Below, piece by piece: positions 1-9,645 of a stretch of DNA of 64,000 nt (its first letter is position 1; each line of letters opens with the position of its first letter). The notes beneath the pieces are model-generated. The model had not been told where the DNA came from. It saw only the letters and a program-made list of their open reading frames with translations, and ran no database searches. The stretch is from sequence record PZ347775.1. One strand, written 5' to 3'. This stretch comes from a phage. The position numbers and the translations under genes were made by a program.

Positions 1-329
1 TGGACAGTACGAGAACCAAAGTTTCCTTGACCATCTAACAAAGGAAAGTTATTATTCCAAGTATTAGCCATCAAAGCCCCCGCGTCTTGCGCAGAGTTTT
101 CACCATGATGATATCCAAGGTCAGCTACACCACCTGCAATAGAAGCGAGTTTGTGAAACTTATCTTTATTTCCTCGCGCCAAATCAAGAGCTCGAGCAAT
201 AACAAATCGTTGGACTGGCTTAAATCCATCAATCATATTTGGAATAGCACGATTTTCAACCGTGTACATAGCATAAGCCAATGCTTCATTATCAATGATA
301 CTTTTTAAATCGCGATTATTCAGTTGCAT
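1..329 (-). CDS. 52: DNA topoisomerase II medium subunit gp52, N-terminal part (gene continues beyond window start)
   Basis: Minus-strand ATG at 327-329; translation MQLNNRDLKSIIDNEALAYAMYTVENRAIPNMIDGFKPVQRF matches the GyrA-like N-terminus of T4 gp52. Confidence 0.85.
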   Translation of the reverse strand, partial: MQLNNRDLKSIIDNEALAYAMYTVENRAIPNMIDGFKPVQRFVIARALDLARGNKDKFHKLASIAGGVADLGYHHGENSAQDAGALMANTWNNNFPLLDGQGNFGSRTV

Positions 330-466
330 AAATTTACCATACTAGTGAATGTAGTGCCATAATAACATCAGAAATGAAAAGCACGACTTGAATTAATCCG
401 AACATTACTCCATAATATAGTGCTACCAATAAAGCAGCAAGGGCTACTGAGTAGCCCAAGATTTTC

Positions 467-625
467 TTAATCATTAGTAGATAACAACACAAATGTTAAA
501 TATGCACACATACCCTGAGCTAAAGCTTGCGAAAACACACTGCTGGCATCAATACAGATAGTTAAAACGCATGCTACTATCCAACAAATAAATGAAATAA
601 CTCCTAATAATTTTGCAATATTCAT
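467..625 (-). CDS. 52-aa hydrophobic membrane protein at the ac position
   Basis: ORF below the 60-aa track cutoff (MNIAKLLGVISFICWIVACVLTICID...); GAGGA SD 5 nt upstream; lies between stp and gene 52. Confidence 0.5.
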   Translation of the reverse strand: MNIAKLLGVISFICWIVACVLTICIDASSVFSQALAQGMCAYLTFVLLSTND

Positions 626-632
626 ATTTTCC

Positions 633-713
633 TCACTGGCGTCCGAAGACGCCTTTAGTTTTAAGATTGTTACGATAGAACTGCATCACGTGTTCGTTAT
701 GGAAATTACTCAT
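633..713 (-). CDS. stp: Stp peptide (26 aa), modulator of host PrrC anticodon nuclease / restriction
   Basis: Translation [26 protein letters not shown] matches T4 Stp as I recall it; start overlaps ndd stop (TAATG); absent from ORF track. Confidence 0.8.
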
Positions 714-1168
714 TAATATGCCTGCAAAACAAATTTAAAGTTATCAGCCAACATACGGTTCATTTCTTCAAGTGTTTGATACTCAGAATGATGATTACGA
801 GTAAACGCCAAAGCTAACTGACCCTTTCCAAATCCCGTCGTCAGAGGTTTCATCTTAGAAGCAGGCAAATAAAATACTGTATATGGAACATTGTTATTTG
901 CAATAGTACGCGCAAGCTGAGATCGACGCTGGCGAATATGACTTAGAACTGCACTGAATCCTTGCTTAGAACGCTGATTACCTACATAAAATCGTGCAGA
1001 TACACACGGATTATCAAATGGACCGCCAAATTTGCTCACTAAAAAGTAAAATCCAGGTTTAGATAAAATATCTTTATGTGGAACTCCCAAAAACCATTCA
1101 CCGTTCTTGATTGTACCAATAACGGTAGCGCCTGCATTGTTCAGATCAGTAACAGTCATATATTTCAT
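713..1168 (-). CDS. ndd: Ndd nucleoid disruption protein (151 aa)
   Basis: Starts at [25 protein letters not shown] with GAGGA SD; track ORF is extended upstream by a non-ATG start. Confidence 0.85.
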
Positions 1169-1228
1169 ATTAATTTCCTCTAAATTATTTTCTACTCCAA
1201 GGCCGCATGAATACACACGGCCATTAAA

Positions 1229-1444
1229 TTAATCATCGCAGTCGACGCTTAATTCCCAGAACTCTTCTACAGTATAAGTTTCAGTATCATTTTCAATACA
1301 GAAACGTTCATTGCTGTTATTTGCTAAAGTAGCGTTAACTGTCATTTTCTCGCTAGTGCTTTTAAGAGGCGAAATACGAATTAACTGATCACCATTATCT
1401 AAGCAAAAAATTTCACCAACTTTTACATCTTTAAAGATTTTCAT
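1229..1444 (-). CDS. hypothetical protein (ndd.1 position)
   Basis: 71-aa ORF with ATG and GAGGTGA SD; synteny. Confidence 0.5.
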   Translation of the reverse strand: MKIFKDVKVGEIFCLDNGDQLIRISPLKSTSEKMTVNATLANNSNERFCIENDTETYTVEEFWELSVDCDD

Positions 1445-1559
1445 AATTCACCTCAAGGAGTATAAAATCCAAATGCAGTTGTTGACCATCCCATCCAATA
1501 TGGGAAATTTGCACCAATGTAAAACATAAGAATATAAAACCAAATGCTTAGTAAATTCA

Positions 1560-1757
1560 TTATTTTACACCATTCCAAATTGTTTCAACCACAGATTTTA
1601 AGCCATTTTGGTGAATATCCATTCCGACAACTGCCATCAAATAGATTCCAACTACAACTGAACCTAAGGCAAAAATCAGCATGAAAATGAATAAAGCTGG
1701 AAAAATATTATCGAAAAACCATTCAATAAATGTAAAAGCACTGCGTTTACGCTTCAT
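1560..1757 (-). CDS. small membrane protein (65 aa)
   Basis: ATG MKRKRSAF preceded by GAGGAAA SD; strongly hydrophobic core; track start is an upstream TTG. Confidence 0.5.
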   Translation of the reverse strand: MKRKRSAFTFIEWFFDNIFPALFIFMLIFALGSVVVGIYLMAVVGMDIHQNGLKSVVETIWNGVK

Positions 1758-1764
1758 ATTTTCC

Positions 1765-1878
1765 TCACATAAATCCAAAGTAAGCGTTTAATACATCAAT
1801 CATTAAAACGATTGGGAATATACTCAAAACTACTAGTATTATAACTACATTCCATATAGCTTTAACAATATTTTTCAT
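1765..1878 (-). CDS. small membrane protein (37 aa)
   Basis: ATG at 1876-1878 (MKNIVKAIWNVVIILVVLSIF...) directly downstream of early promoter and GGAGGAACAG SD; track ORF extends through the promoter. Confidence 0.4.
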   Translation of the reverse strand: MKNIVKAIWNVVIILVVLSIFPIVLMIDVLNAYFGFM

Positions 1879-1906
1879 TTTCTGTTCCTCCGTAGTTGAT
1901 AAGATA

Positions 1907-1936
1907 ATAATACCACAGAGGAACAGTCTTGTAAAC
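1907..1936 (-). promoter_or_regulatory. T4-type early promoter (GTTTAC, 18 nt, TATTAT)
   Basis: Minus-strand -35 GTTTAC at 1931-1936 and -10 TATTAT at 1907-1912; flanked by inverted repeat ctgttcctc/gaggaacag. Confidence 0.5.
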
Positions 1937-2121
1937 AACTTTTTTAAAAATATTCGTAATAAATGTGAATGCCAATCACTACTGCCGAAACTTGCGCAAC
2001 CCACCACGCACACGCAATAAGTACAGAATTCAAAATTTTCATAATAACCTCATCACAAAAGTAAATGTTAAACAAATTAATGGAATACTAATTAACCAAA
2101 TAAAACACCACCATAATGAAC

Positions 2122-2385
2122 TCATAGTTCAATCTCAGCGATTTTCATTTCATTACTACTAATAGACGCTTTAAGACTATCTGAAAGAATTACATTCCAG
2201 TGGTCATTCATATGACCATTAACTAAGCGTGTAATTTCTTCGGGAGTTGAAAAATAAGGCGTATCAGACTCCCAGTGCGATAGTCCCAAGCGAGTATAAA
2301 TCATACCTTCATCATCGCTAGAATATTCAACTGACACAAACTCATCAGTTATTTTATGCTTAGCGTAATAAAATTTAAATTTCAT
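2122..2385 (-). CDS. hypothetical protein
   Basis: ORF with ATG MKFKFYYAK; synteny in ndd-denB interval. Confidence 0.45.
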   Translation of the reverse strand: MKFKFYYAKHKITDEFVSVEYSSDDEGMIYTRLGLSHWESDTPYFSTPEEITRLVNGHMNDHWNVILSDSLKASISSNEMKIAEIEL

Positions 2386-2390
2386 TTTAC

Positions 2391-2597
2391 TCAATAATCC
2401 GCTAAAAGATCGACGATTGCATCACGAAGACACTTATTCGCAATACGCTTAAGAGCAATTTCAGTTTCTGGAGCATTTTGAATAATCATTGAATTCAATT
2501 CAGCCTCAGCAAACTGAAGTTCTTTGACTAATTCAGCTTTATATTTTCCTTGCCCTTTCTTAGCTTTTGCTCGTTTTAATTCAGCTGTAGTAAACAT
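2391..2597 (-). CDS. hypothetical protein (68 aa)
   Basis: ATG at 2595-2597 preceded by conserved GGAGAATAAA cassette and early promoter; track ORF runs through the promoter. Confidence 0.5.
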   Translation of the reverse strand: MFTTAELKRAKAKKGQGKYKAELVKELQFAEAELNSMIIQNAPETEIALKRIANKCLRDAIVDLLADY

Positions 2598-2631
2598 TTT
2601 ATTCTCCAAATCCGCATCAGTTGATAGTTGT

Positions 2632-2661
2632 ATAGTACCACAGTCCTTGTGGTTTGTAAAC
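2632..2661 (-). promoter_or_regulatory. T4-type early promoter
   Basis: -35 GTTTAC (2656-2661), 18-nt spacer containing palindrome ccacaaggactgtgg, -10 TACTAT (2632-2637). Confidence 0.5.
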
Positions 2662-2677
2662 CGTTTTGTGAAAATTT

Positions 2678-3235
2678 TTAAATGGAAAGATACCATCCGT
2701 TGTAGTTGCTTTTTCTTACAACTTTACGAAGGTCTTCTCTATCACCGATGAACTTCGGAGTGTACTGGATGACACCTGGATGAATTTCTTTAGTGTTGAA
2801 TATAATTATACAGTCAGCGACTTGGTGATTCAGAATGGGCCCTAGATTTATTCCAGAACCGTATGGATACTCTCCGCTGCATCCGGTTGTTACCGAAATC
2901 CAACGTGAGTCAGTTTGGTGTGTCTTAACTTCTACACGAAGCCCGCAATATCTTGGATGCGCCAATACATCCCATGCGTATGTATACGGGTCATTAACAT
3001 CCTCTTGGCCTTTGTTAACATACCCGCTCAGCCAATCTGCTACAAAAAACTCTGCATACACAGCGATACGGCATCTTTCGATAACTTCTGCTTTATCCTG
3101 ATTAGGATTTTGTTTTAAAGAGTATCTTGCTGTATCAGCAATTTTGACCTTCATTTCACTAGTCAAATCATTGTTCGATAGGGTAAATGTTGGAATCTGA
3201 AATAGTCTCTGTAAACCCGGATTCGTTTTCTGCAT
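2678..3235 (-). CDS. denB: DenB, endonuclease IV (dC-specific ssDNA endonuclease)
   Basis: 185-aa ORF, T4 DenB length; synteny immediately upstream of rIIB region. Confidence 0.8.
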   Translation of the reverse strand: MQKTNPGLQRLFQIPTFTLSNNDLTSEMKVKIADTARYSLKQNPNQDKAEVIERCRIAVYAEFFVADWLSGYVNKGQEDVNDPYTYAWDVLAHPRYCGLRVEVKTHQTDSRWISVTTGCSGEYPYGSGINLGPILNHQVADCIIIFNTKEIHPGVIQYTPKFIGDREDLRKVVRKSNYNGWYLSI

Positions 3236-3300
3236 TAAACTTTCCTTTTACGTCGGAATCACTGATATTCATATAATAAATCATAGTTTCTCTTAAAACA

Positions 3301-3318
3301 AAAGGGCCGAAGCCCTTT
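3301..3318 (-). terminator. UUCG-tetraloop hairpin / intrinsic terminator
   Basis: aaagggccgaagcccttt; on the minus-strand RNA reads GGGC-UUCG-GCCC followed by U-rich tract. Confidence 0.5.
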
Positions 3319-3321
3319 ATT

Positions 3322-3516
3322 TTATTTGAATTGTGCAATTCTTTTCTCTAAACAATCTGCATAAGATTTCATTGAGATAAACTGCGAAAGCAGTAATTCT
3401 TGCTCGACTTCATTAATCGTTAGAAACTTTGTGCTTTCTAAAAATTTGCTTAGTGCATTAATTTTGAGCATTAATTGATCGTATTCTTCTTTTACTCGTG
3501 CTTGATAACCTAACAT
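3322..3516 (-). CDS. hypothetical protein (denB.1 position)
   Basis: 64-aa ORF with ATG and AAGGAAA SD. Confidence 0.5.
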   Translation of the reverse strand: MLGYQARVKEEYDQLMLKINALSKFLESTKFLTINEVEQELLLSQFISMKSYADCLEKRIAQFK

Positions 3517-3530
3517 AATTTTCCTTAGTT

Positions 3531-3546
3531 AAGGGCCGAAGCCCTT
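3531..3546 (-). terminator. UUCG-tetraloop hairpin at rIIB 3-prime end
   Basis: aagggccgaagccctt overlapping rIIB stop codon. Confidence 0.5.
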
Positions 3547-4483
3547 ATTTAAATTGTTCAGTAACGTCTTCAACTACTTCGTATTGGCAGGTACGCATTT
3601 TAGCATCGTTGTAATCAATCGGAATTGATACTACATCGCGAGGATGTACTTTAACTTTTACAACTCGGCTGGTTGAACTGCCAAAGTGACGAATATAAGA
3701 TTTAGAACACACATGCAGACCACGAGAACAAGTTTGTGTATCATCGTCATTCACACGAGTACGTGGCATTTTAACTACTTTACCAGGACTGTTATCAAAA
3801 GTATTTGAATGACAGTCAAAGTAATTACTGCGAACTACTTTCCAAGCATAGAAGTAACCGTCTTCTGTAATTTCAATATCGTTTGCTACCAAGAAATCAA
3901 AGAGTCGAGATACCGCTTTTTGGCTCGGGTTTTCTAACAGATTTTCCAAGAACGGAAAATAAAATTCAAAGTTTTCGCCTTTTTCCATCGAATCGAGAAT
4001 ACGATCAACTAAACCAGACCGCAATTCAATATTTTGATAGAACAAGCTTCCACCTTCAATTCGAACATCACCGGAAATATATTTTTCAACAGCGCGACGA
4101 ACGTTAATTTTTTGCGCCGCTTCTTCCAATTTATCTGCAACAAGCAGATTAAGAATTTCCTGGAAGTTTGAATGAGTATTAGGAGTTGCGTTATAAGTTA
4201 CACCGTCAACAGTAATTGAAATGAATTTTTTAGATGCATTCCAAATAATGTCAGATTTAGCAACTGGAGCAATAGCTGCATCGCTCTTAACTGTAACTGT
4301 AATGTCACCGCTAATGGTAACTTTGGAGCGCTCAGCTTCTTCAGCATTTTTCAAAACACGACGGATTGTGTCCACCGATACACCTTGCCAATCAGCCAAT
4401 TCCTGTTGGGTGTAATTACCACTTGAATACAGTTTGACAATTTCAGCTTGTTCGTTTTTGGTCAGGCATTTAATATTGTACAT
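3545..4483 (-). CDS. rIIB: rIIB membrane-associated protein
   Basis: 312-aa ORF, MYNIKCLTKNEQAEIVKLYSSGNYTQQELADWQGVSVDTIRRVL; T4 rIIB length and sequence. Confidence 0.92.
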   Translation of the reverse strand: MYNIKCLTKNEQAEIVKLYSSGNYTQQELADWQGVSVDTIRRVLKNAEEAERSKVTISGDITVTVKSDAAIAPVAKSDIIWNASKKFISITVDGVTYNATPNTHSNFQEILNLLVADKLEEAAQKINVRRAVEKYISGDVRIEGGSLFYQNIELRSGLVDRILDSMEKGENFEFYFPFLENLLENPSQKAVSRLFDFLVANDIEITEDGYFYAWKVVRSNYFDCHSNTFDNSPGKVVKMPRTRVNDDDTQTCSRGLHVCSKSYIRHFGSSTSRVVKVKVHPRDVVSIPIDYNDAKMRTCQYEVVEDVTEQFK

Positions 4484-4494
4484 AATTTTCCTTA

Positions 4495-6672
4495 TTAGGC
4501 CGCAAGGGCCTTCATAGTTTTAGCGATTTGGGAAACTTCATCATCACTTAAAGAATTGCGATAACCGATGAAGTCGGAAACAATACGGAATTTCTTGGTA
4601 AACTCAGCAACCATTTTATCACTGTTTTTTAAAGCATTACGTGATAATTCATCAAAAAGATTAGTTACGGTCCAGATGTCATGACCGATGGTATCTTTTC
4701 CACCATTGAAATATACACCCCGCAATGAACTAACCATATTACCAAGGCGAGTATATTCTTCGGAAACTTCATCTGTACTGAAATATTTCATCATAAAATT
4801 AAGTTCAGGATACTTAATAATTTTATCAATATATCGCTGAGCTGAACTTGAATAACCTACATACTTATCATAATCTACATCGTCAAAAGCATCTACATAT
4901 AAATCACGCAGAGTTTCAAAAATACATTGGCACTGACCAAGTTCTTTTACCTTTTTCTGCAAAAGTGGACGAATAACATAAAATTCATTAATGCCAATAA
5001 GATTAGCCATACGGGTCAAAATACTCGTAGATGGATTACAAAGCGATGTAGTACCATCCATAGAGAAAATATCAGAACGATGCATATATGCTACATAACC
5101 AGTAATTTCATCTGCTTCTGATGTGAGCGTAAACAGTTCCTCTTTTTCCCAGCGCCCGTCTTTAATTTCAAACTTAAATGCAGTAGCAGTTTTAGGACGA
5201 GGAGCTGCGCTTTTTACTACCTTTGGAATATAACTTTTAACTAAAGCTTCGATTTCTGACAAATAATGAATGTTAACTTCATCACTTTCAAACATTGCCA
5301 TAATGTCAGGAAGCAAATCAATCTGCGATTCTACTTCTGGATTAATAAACAGAAGCCGCTCATTGTGATGAATATTTAAGGTGTTATTAAATTCGCTATC
5401 ATCTAATGCACGTGCTAATCCACGGACAATATTAACACGATTTTTAGTATTATCAATAACAATATTAATTTTTGACGTATTAATACCAAACAGACGATAG
5501 CTTGACGCAACGGCTGAAGTTTCATGGCTTTGCTTAATGCGTTTCAGTCGAGGGTCAAGATTTACTTCATACACAACCCCTGCATTGCATAACTTACTGT
5601 CAGGTTCAAACATACTCTGCATCTTTTTATATGACAGATTTTTAGTCGTGAATTTGACTGAATTGCTAATCATATAATCTCGGGCAGAATATCCCATCTT
5701 CATCAATTCACGGTATGTATGACGAGGAGATGTAGATTCTTTAAATCGTTTTACATCTTCATTAAACGCCTGCTCACTGAGCTCTTTAACACGCTCAATA
5801 ATATTTTTACGAGTACGATCATCTAGTGAAAGAGCCTCACGCGATGGGGCAATATCAAGTGAACCCATTGGAAACTTAATGTAATTCACTTCATTGCGGA
5901 TGCTTAACCAGTTACGATCTCTAATAACACCTTCGATAGGATAAACAATGCCGCCATAGATAGCATACAATCCACCGCGATCTGGCCAGTATCTTTCTGG
6001 ATTTACGCCGTAATAATCATCAAAATCCGGAAAATAATCAATTTCGCGGTCAAGACCGTTAATGATAGCCAAATCTTTGAATGGTCGCATAATATAAGAA
6101 ACTTCATAAGCAAAGTTTCTAAAGTCTTTTTCTTCAACTGGAACTACGATTTCAATACCAGTTTTATCATCTGGACCCATTTCTTTTACGAATGTAGGTT
6201 TAATCTGTGGACCATCACCATCCATGTAAGCTACATAACCACGAATTTCACCTTTATGATATGAAGTAATACTAAATGTATCAGTATAACTAAACGGAGA
6301 TTTAGAACCTAAACCAAATCCACCAATGAAATCATTAGATTCAGCCTTAGATGAACTAAAGTATGAATTATACAACCCAGGAGAATTATCATCACCCTGA
6401 ATATCAAAATCGCTCATACCTGGACCAAAATCTCGGCAAACAAATCGCGGATCTAATCGTCCTGGAACTTGAATGATAAATTTTTCAGGATTTCCATTAA
6501 GAGCATGGGCATCAATCATGTTGGTAATCAATTCACGGACTACTGCGCGAATCTTGTTTGTATACAAATCAGATGACAGAATTTTAAATACTTTAGGAGA
6601 CGCTGTGATGCTAAATGCTTTTGATTTAGAACCATTACCAAGAATTGTTTCTTTTTCAGTGGTGATAATCAT
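4495..6672 (-). CDS. rIIA: rIIA membrane-associated protein (GHKL-type ATPase-like N-terminus)
   Basis: 725-aa [54 protein letters not shown]; T4 rIIA length and sequence. Confidence 0.95.
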   Translation of the reverse strand: MIITTEKETILGNGSKSKAFSITASPKVFKILSSDLYTNKIRAVVRELITNMIDAHALNGNPEKFIIQVPGRLDPRFVCRDFGPGMSDFDIQGDDNSPGLYNSYFSSSKAESNDFIGGFGLGSKSPFSYTDTFSITSYHKGEIRGYVAYMDGDGPQIKPTFVKEMGPDDKTGIEIVVPVEEKDFRNFAYEVSYIMRPFKDLAIINGLDREIDYFPDFDDYYGVNPERYWPDRGGLYAIYGGIVYPIEGVIRDRNWLSIRNEVNYIKFPMGSLDIAPSREALSLDDRTRKNIIERVKELSEQAFNEDVKRFKESTSPRHTYRELMKMGYSARDYMISNSVKFTTKNLSYKKMQSMFEPDSKLCNAGVVYEVNLDPRLKRIKQSHETSAVASSYRLFGINTSKINIVIDNTKNRVNIVRGLARALDDSEFNNTLNIHHNERLLFINPEVESQIDLLPDIMAMFESDEVNIHYLSEIEALVKSYIPKVVKSAAPRPKTATAFKFEIKDGRWEKEELFTLTSEADEITGYVAYMHRSDIFSMDGTTSLCNPSTSILTRMANLIGINEFYVIRPLLQKKVKELGQCQCIFETLRDLYVDAFDDVDYDKYVGYSSSAQRYIDKIIKYPELNFMMKYFSTDEVSEEYTRLGNMVSSLRGVYFNGGKDTIGHDIWTVTNLFDELSRNALKNSDKMVAEFTKKFRIVSDFIGYRNSLSDDEVSQIAKTMKALAA

Positions 6673-6682
6673 AATTTCCTCA

Positions 6683-6886
6683 TTAATTCATATTGCGTTT
6701 AATAACTTCAGCAACTTCTAGTAGTTCATCTTTAGTTGCGGTGTCGGATTGAATTTTATCTCTAATATCCTTAAAGCGGTTTTTAAACTCTTCGGCTTCT
6801 CCCATATCGAAAAAGCGTTGAATGATTCTATATTCTCGATGAACTGCTTTATCAAAAAGTTCTAAATTTACTTTATATGATTTCAT
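6683..6886 (-). CDS. hypothetical protein (rIIA.1 position)
   Basis: 67-aa ORF directly upstream of rIIA. Confidence 0.55.
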   Translation of the reverse strand: MKSYKVNLELFDKAVHREYRIIQRFFDMGEAEEFKNRFKDIRDKIQSDTATKDELLEVAEVIKRNMN

Positions 6887-6911
6887 TTCAATATCCTCAT
6901 TTGCCCAATTA

Positions 6912-6941
6912 ATTATACCACATCCTTGTGGTAAAGTAAAC
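6912..6941 (-). promoter_or_regulatory. T4-type early promoter upstream of rIIA.1/rIIA
   Basis: -35 GTTTAC (6936-6941), 18-nt spacer with ccacaaggatgtgg palindrome, -10 TATAAT (6912-6917). Confidence 0.5.
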
Positions 6942-8758
6942 TATTGGCTCATCCATTCTTTACGAAGGTCAGCATTATCTCCCATAAGCATTTCAAAAAG
7001 CTCTTTCCAGTTCTCAGGAAGTTTAACAACATCATATACTGGATTTTGAATCATCTCACGATATTCAGATTTTTCCAAAGAGCCAAGTCCTTTAATATAA
7101 CGGATGCTATGTTTAGGTAGAGCATCTTTGGCACTCTCATATTCAGCGACTGTATAAAACCATTCTTGTTTTTTACCGACCTGAGCGATGATTACAGGAG
7201 TTTTGACAAAGCGAATTCTTCCTTGTTCAAACAGTTCTGGCCAATTACTAAAAAATCCGAGCAGAGAAGGATAAATGCTTCCTAGACCATCATGGTCAGC
7301 GTCAGTCATAATGGCAATATTGTGATAATTCAAGTTTTCGGCTTTTTCACCAAGAACTAATCCAGTGATTGCGCAAATATCAAACAGTTCTTTGTTTTTA
7401 AGCATATCAGCATAAGACATACCCCAACTGTTGAGAACTTTACCACGCAATGGATAACCACCATGAAGTTCTTTATCACGAACATCAATAAGATATCCGA
7501 TAGCAGAATCACCCTCAGTCAAGAAAAGAGTAGTATCAGCATCTTTACCGCAAAGATTCGCTTTAATATGTTTATGAACCTTAGCTTTAGAAGCCTTTTT
7601 AGCTGCTTTAGTTTCTGCTGCTTTTTCTGCCGCCAATTTACGAGCCAAAGCAGCTTCAATAATTGGCATTAAAATTGCTTCATTATTTAAAATAGCACGT
7701 GAAATCTTTTTAGCATCAAGCTGAATATGACTACGAATTTCACCAAATGGAGAAGTCAAACGCTCTTTAGTTTGAGAATCAAATCGCATGTTTTTCATAT
7801 CACGAACAAACATAACGATAGTCAAACATTCTTTAACACGTGCTTTAGTTACATCAATTTTGAACTTACGTTTGATTTGTGGAATAAGGTCTTCACAAAT
7901 ATCATCCATAACACAGTCAATGTGATGGCCACCATTCTTAGTATGAATGTTATTAACGTATGTTAATTGACGAAAACCGTCGGGTGAACGACCGACCGCA
8001 ATAGAACAGTTTTCCTGTTCTTGAACGATAGCATGCTCATCATATTGGCGTGCATATTTCTTAAAATTACCCTGAACCTTTTTACCGTTAAAGGTAAATT
8101 GAATATCAGGATAAACTACTGCAAGTGTCTGGAGACGATCTAGTGTAATGTCAAGATAAACTTGAGATAGCTCATTAGTTTCAAATGACATAAAATCAGG
8201 AATGAAAGTAACGCGAGTTCCTTTCCATTTTCCAGGAATATCTTCCCATGATTTATTTTCCATGCCATTTGAACAACGAACTACAATATTATTTTGACCA
8301 TCGCCAGTTTCACCGACAAACATCACAGAAAAAATGTTAGTTAAACTAGAACCAACACCGTTCATACCGCCAGTGACGCGTTCTTTGTCATCACCGAAGT
8401 TACCACCTGCTTTTGGAATAGTCCAGGCAGCAACAGGACCAGGAATTTCTTCACCAGTAGGTGTTTTAACCATCGCTTGTGGAATACCACGACCGTTATC
8501 TTCAACTGTTACTTGATTGTTTTTAATAGTAACATTAATTTTATTCGCGAATTTAAACTTAGTACGAATACCTTCATCTACTGAGTTATCGATAATTTCA
8601 TCAATAAGCTTAACAAGACCAGGTACATACTGAACACTTTCCCATTTACCAAACAGAAAGCGCTCATGCATTTCATTAGCAGAAGAACCAATGTACATGC
8701 CGCTACGCTTTTTGATATGTTCAATATCGCTCAGAATTTTAATTTCATTCTTAATCAT
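6941..8758 (-). CDS. 39: DNA topoisomerase II large subunit, single fused polypeptide covering T4 gp39 plus gp60
   Basis: 605 aa from ATG at 8756-8758; GyrB-like ATPase N-terminus and Toprim-like region (LTEGDSA) in one uninterrupted frame. Confidence 0.9.
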   Translation of the reverse strand: MIKNEIKILSDIEHIKKRSGMYIGSSANEMHERFLFGKWESVQYVPGLVKLIDEIIDNSVDEGIRTKFKFANKINVTIKNNQVTVEDNGRGIPQAMVKTPTGEEIPGPVAAWTIPKAGGNFGDDKERVTGGMNGVGSSLTNIFSVMFVGETGDGQNNIVVRCSNGMENKSWEDIPGKWKGTRVTFIPDFMSFETNELSQVYLDITLDRLQTLAVVYPDIQFTFNGKKVQGNFKKYARQYDEHAIVQEQENCSIAVGRSPDGFRQLTYVNNIHTKNGGHHIDCVMDDICEDLIPQIKRKFKIDVTKARVKECLTIVMFVRDMKNMRFDSQTKERLTSPFGEIRSHIQLDAKKISRAILNNEAILMPIIEAALARKLAAEKAAETKAAKKASKAKVHKHIKANLCGKDADTTLFLTEGDSAIGYLIDVRDKELHGGYPLRGKVLNSWGMSYADMLKNKELFDICAITGLVLGEKAENLNYHNIAIMTDADHDGLGSIYPSLLGFFSNWPELFEQGRIRFVKTPVIIAQVGKKQEWFYTVAEYESAKDALPKHSIRYIKGLGSLEKSEYREMIQNPVYDVVKLPENWKELFEMLMGDNADLRKEWMSQ

Positions 8759-8810
8759 CACTTATCCTCGTTTGATTTCGGGAATATTATACTCCGGTAA
8801 TCATAAAGCT

Positions 8811-8829
8811 AAAGGCCCGAAGGCCTTTT
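8811..8829 (-). terminator. UUCG-tetraloop hairpin
   Basis: aaaggcccgaaggccttt just upstream of topoisomerase gene start region. Confidence 0.4.
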
Positions 8830-9088
8830 ATTTAAAACGGATAGTCGAATCCTTGAAGAATAGACCAGAACATACGGTTCCTTCTACTTTCTGCCCTGTA
8901 GGTCCAATAGCACGAAATCCAGTATGCTGGAAATCATTTTCAGAGCAACCGAACCAATTATATCCAGTGATTTCAATATTAGTAAAACCACTTGAAGACA
9001 AAACTTTGGTTGCATTATCAGCATCAGTACATCCTACTAAAGATACTGCTAATACTAATGCCGCGATAGAACGATTAACATATTTCAT
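8828..9088 (-). CDS. small lipoprotein / exported protein
   Basis: ATG MKYVNRSIAALVLAVSLVGC: signal peptide with lipobox LVGC. Confidence 0.5.
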   Translation of the reverse strand: MKYVNRSIAALVLAVSLVGCTDADNATKVLSSSGFTNIEITGYNWFGCSENDFQHTGFRAIGPTGQKVEGTVCSGLFFKDSTIRFK

Positions 9089-9092
9089 AATT

Positions 9093-9470
9093 TCACTCAA
9101 ATTTAATGGCTTGAAGGAGACTAATAATTCTTAAGCGACTTCTTTCATCTTTAACTGTAAAAGAAAGAGGGTCACCAGATTTCATAGTGATGGTGCATCC
9201 AAAATCAAAATCTTCTGTAACTTCTTCGAAGAAGTCAAATTCTTCATCATAAATTAGAACATTACTCTGAAAACTGTGAAGAATTTTTCCATCATTTCCA
9301 GATGCTGTACTAATCATTGTAACATTATGGCCTTTCATATCTTCAACGATAAATTCGCTTGTAGATATTACGGCATTAATAGAACCATTCCTATAAATAG
9401 AAGAAAGCAGATATTTCTTTTCTTCACCTTCGCGAACACGATATTTCTTACCGATTTTAAACATAATCAC
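9093..9470 (-). CDS. hypothetical protein
   Basis: 125-aa ORF; synteny between gene 39 and dexA. Confidence 0.5.
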   Translation of the reverse strand: MIMFKIGKKYRVREGEEKKYLLSSIYRNGSINAVISTSEFIVEDMKGHNVTMISTASGNDGKILHSFQSNVLIYDEEFDFFEEVTEDFDFGCTITMKSGDPLSFTVKDERSRLRIISLLQAIKFE

Positions 9471-9645
9471 CCTTTAAGTAAGTCGTAAAATCCACCATTC
9501 ACATGCTTAGGAGCAGAAGGCAGACGAGTAGACAAACGATGACATTTAGGGCAAACATCATTTTCTCGTTCAGAAATCTTTTTAATTTTTTCATATTCAT
9601 GCCCACAATCTTCGGATTGGCATTTATAATCATACAATGGCATAA

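Noticed and set aside
87-308. Plus-strand 73-aa ORF
   Set aside because: Lies antisense inside gene 52 coding sequence; no SD; antisense-frame artifact.
334-405. 23-aa minus-strand ORF between ac-like gene and gene 52
   Set aside because: SD spacing only about 2 nt and no promoter; too short and weakly supported.
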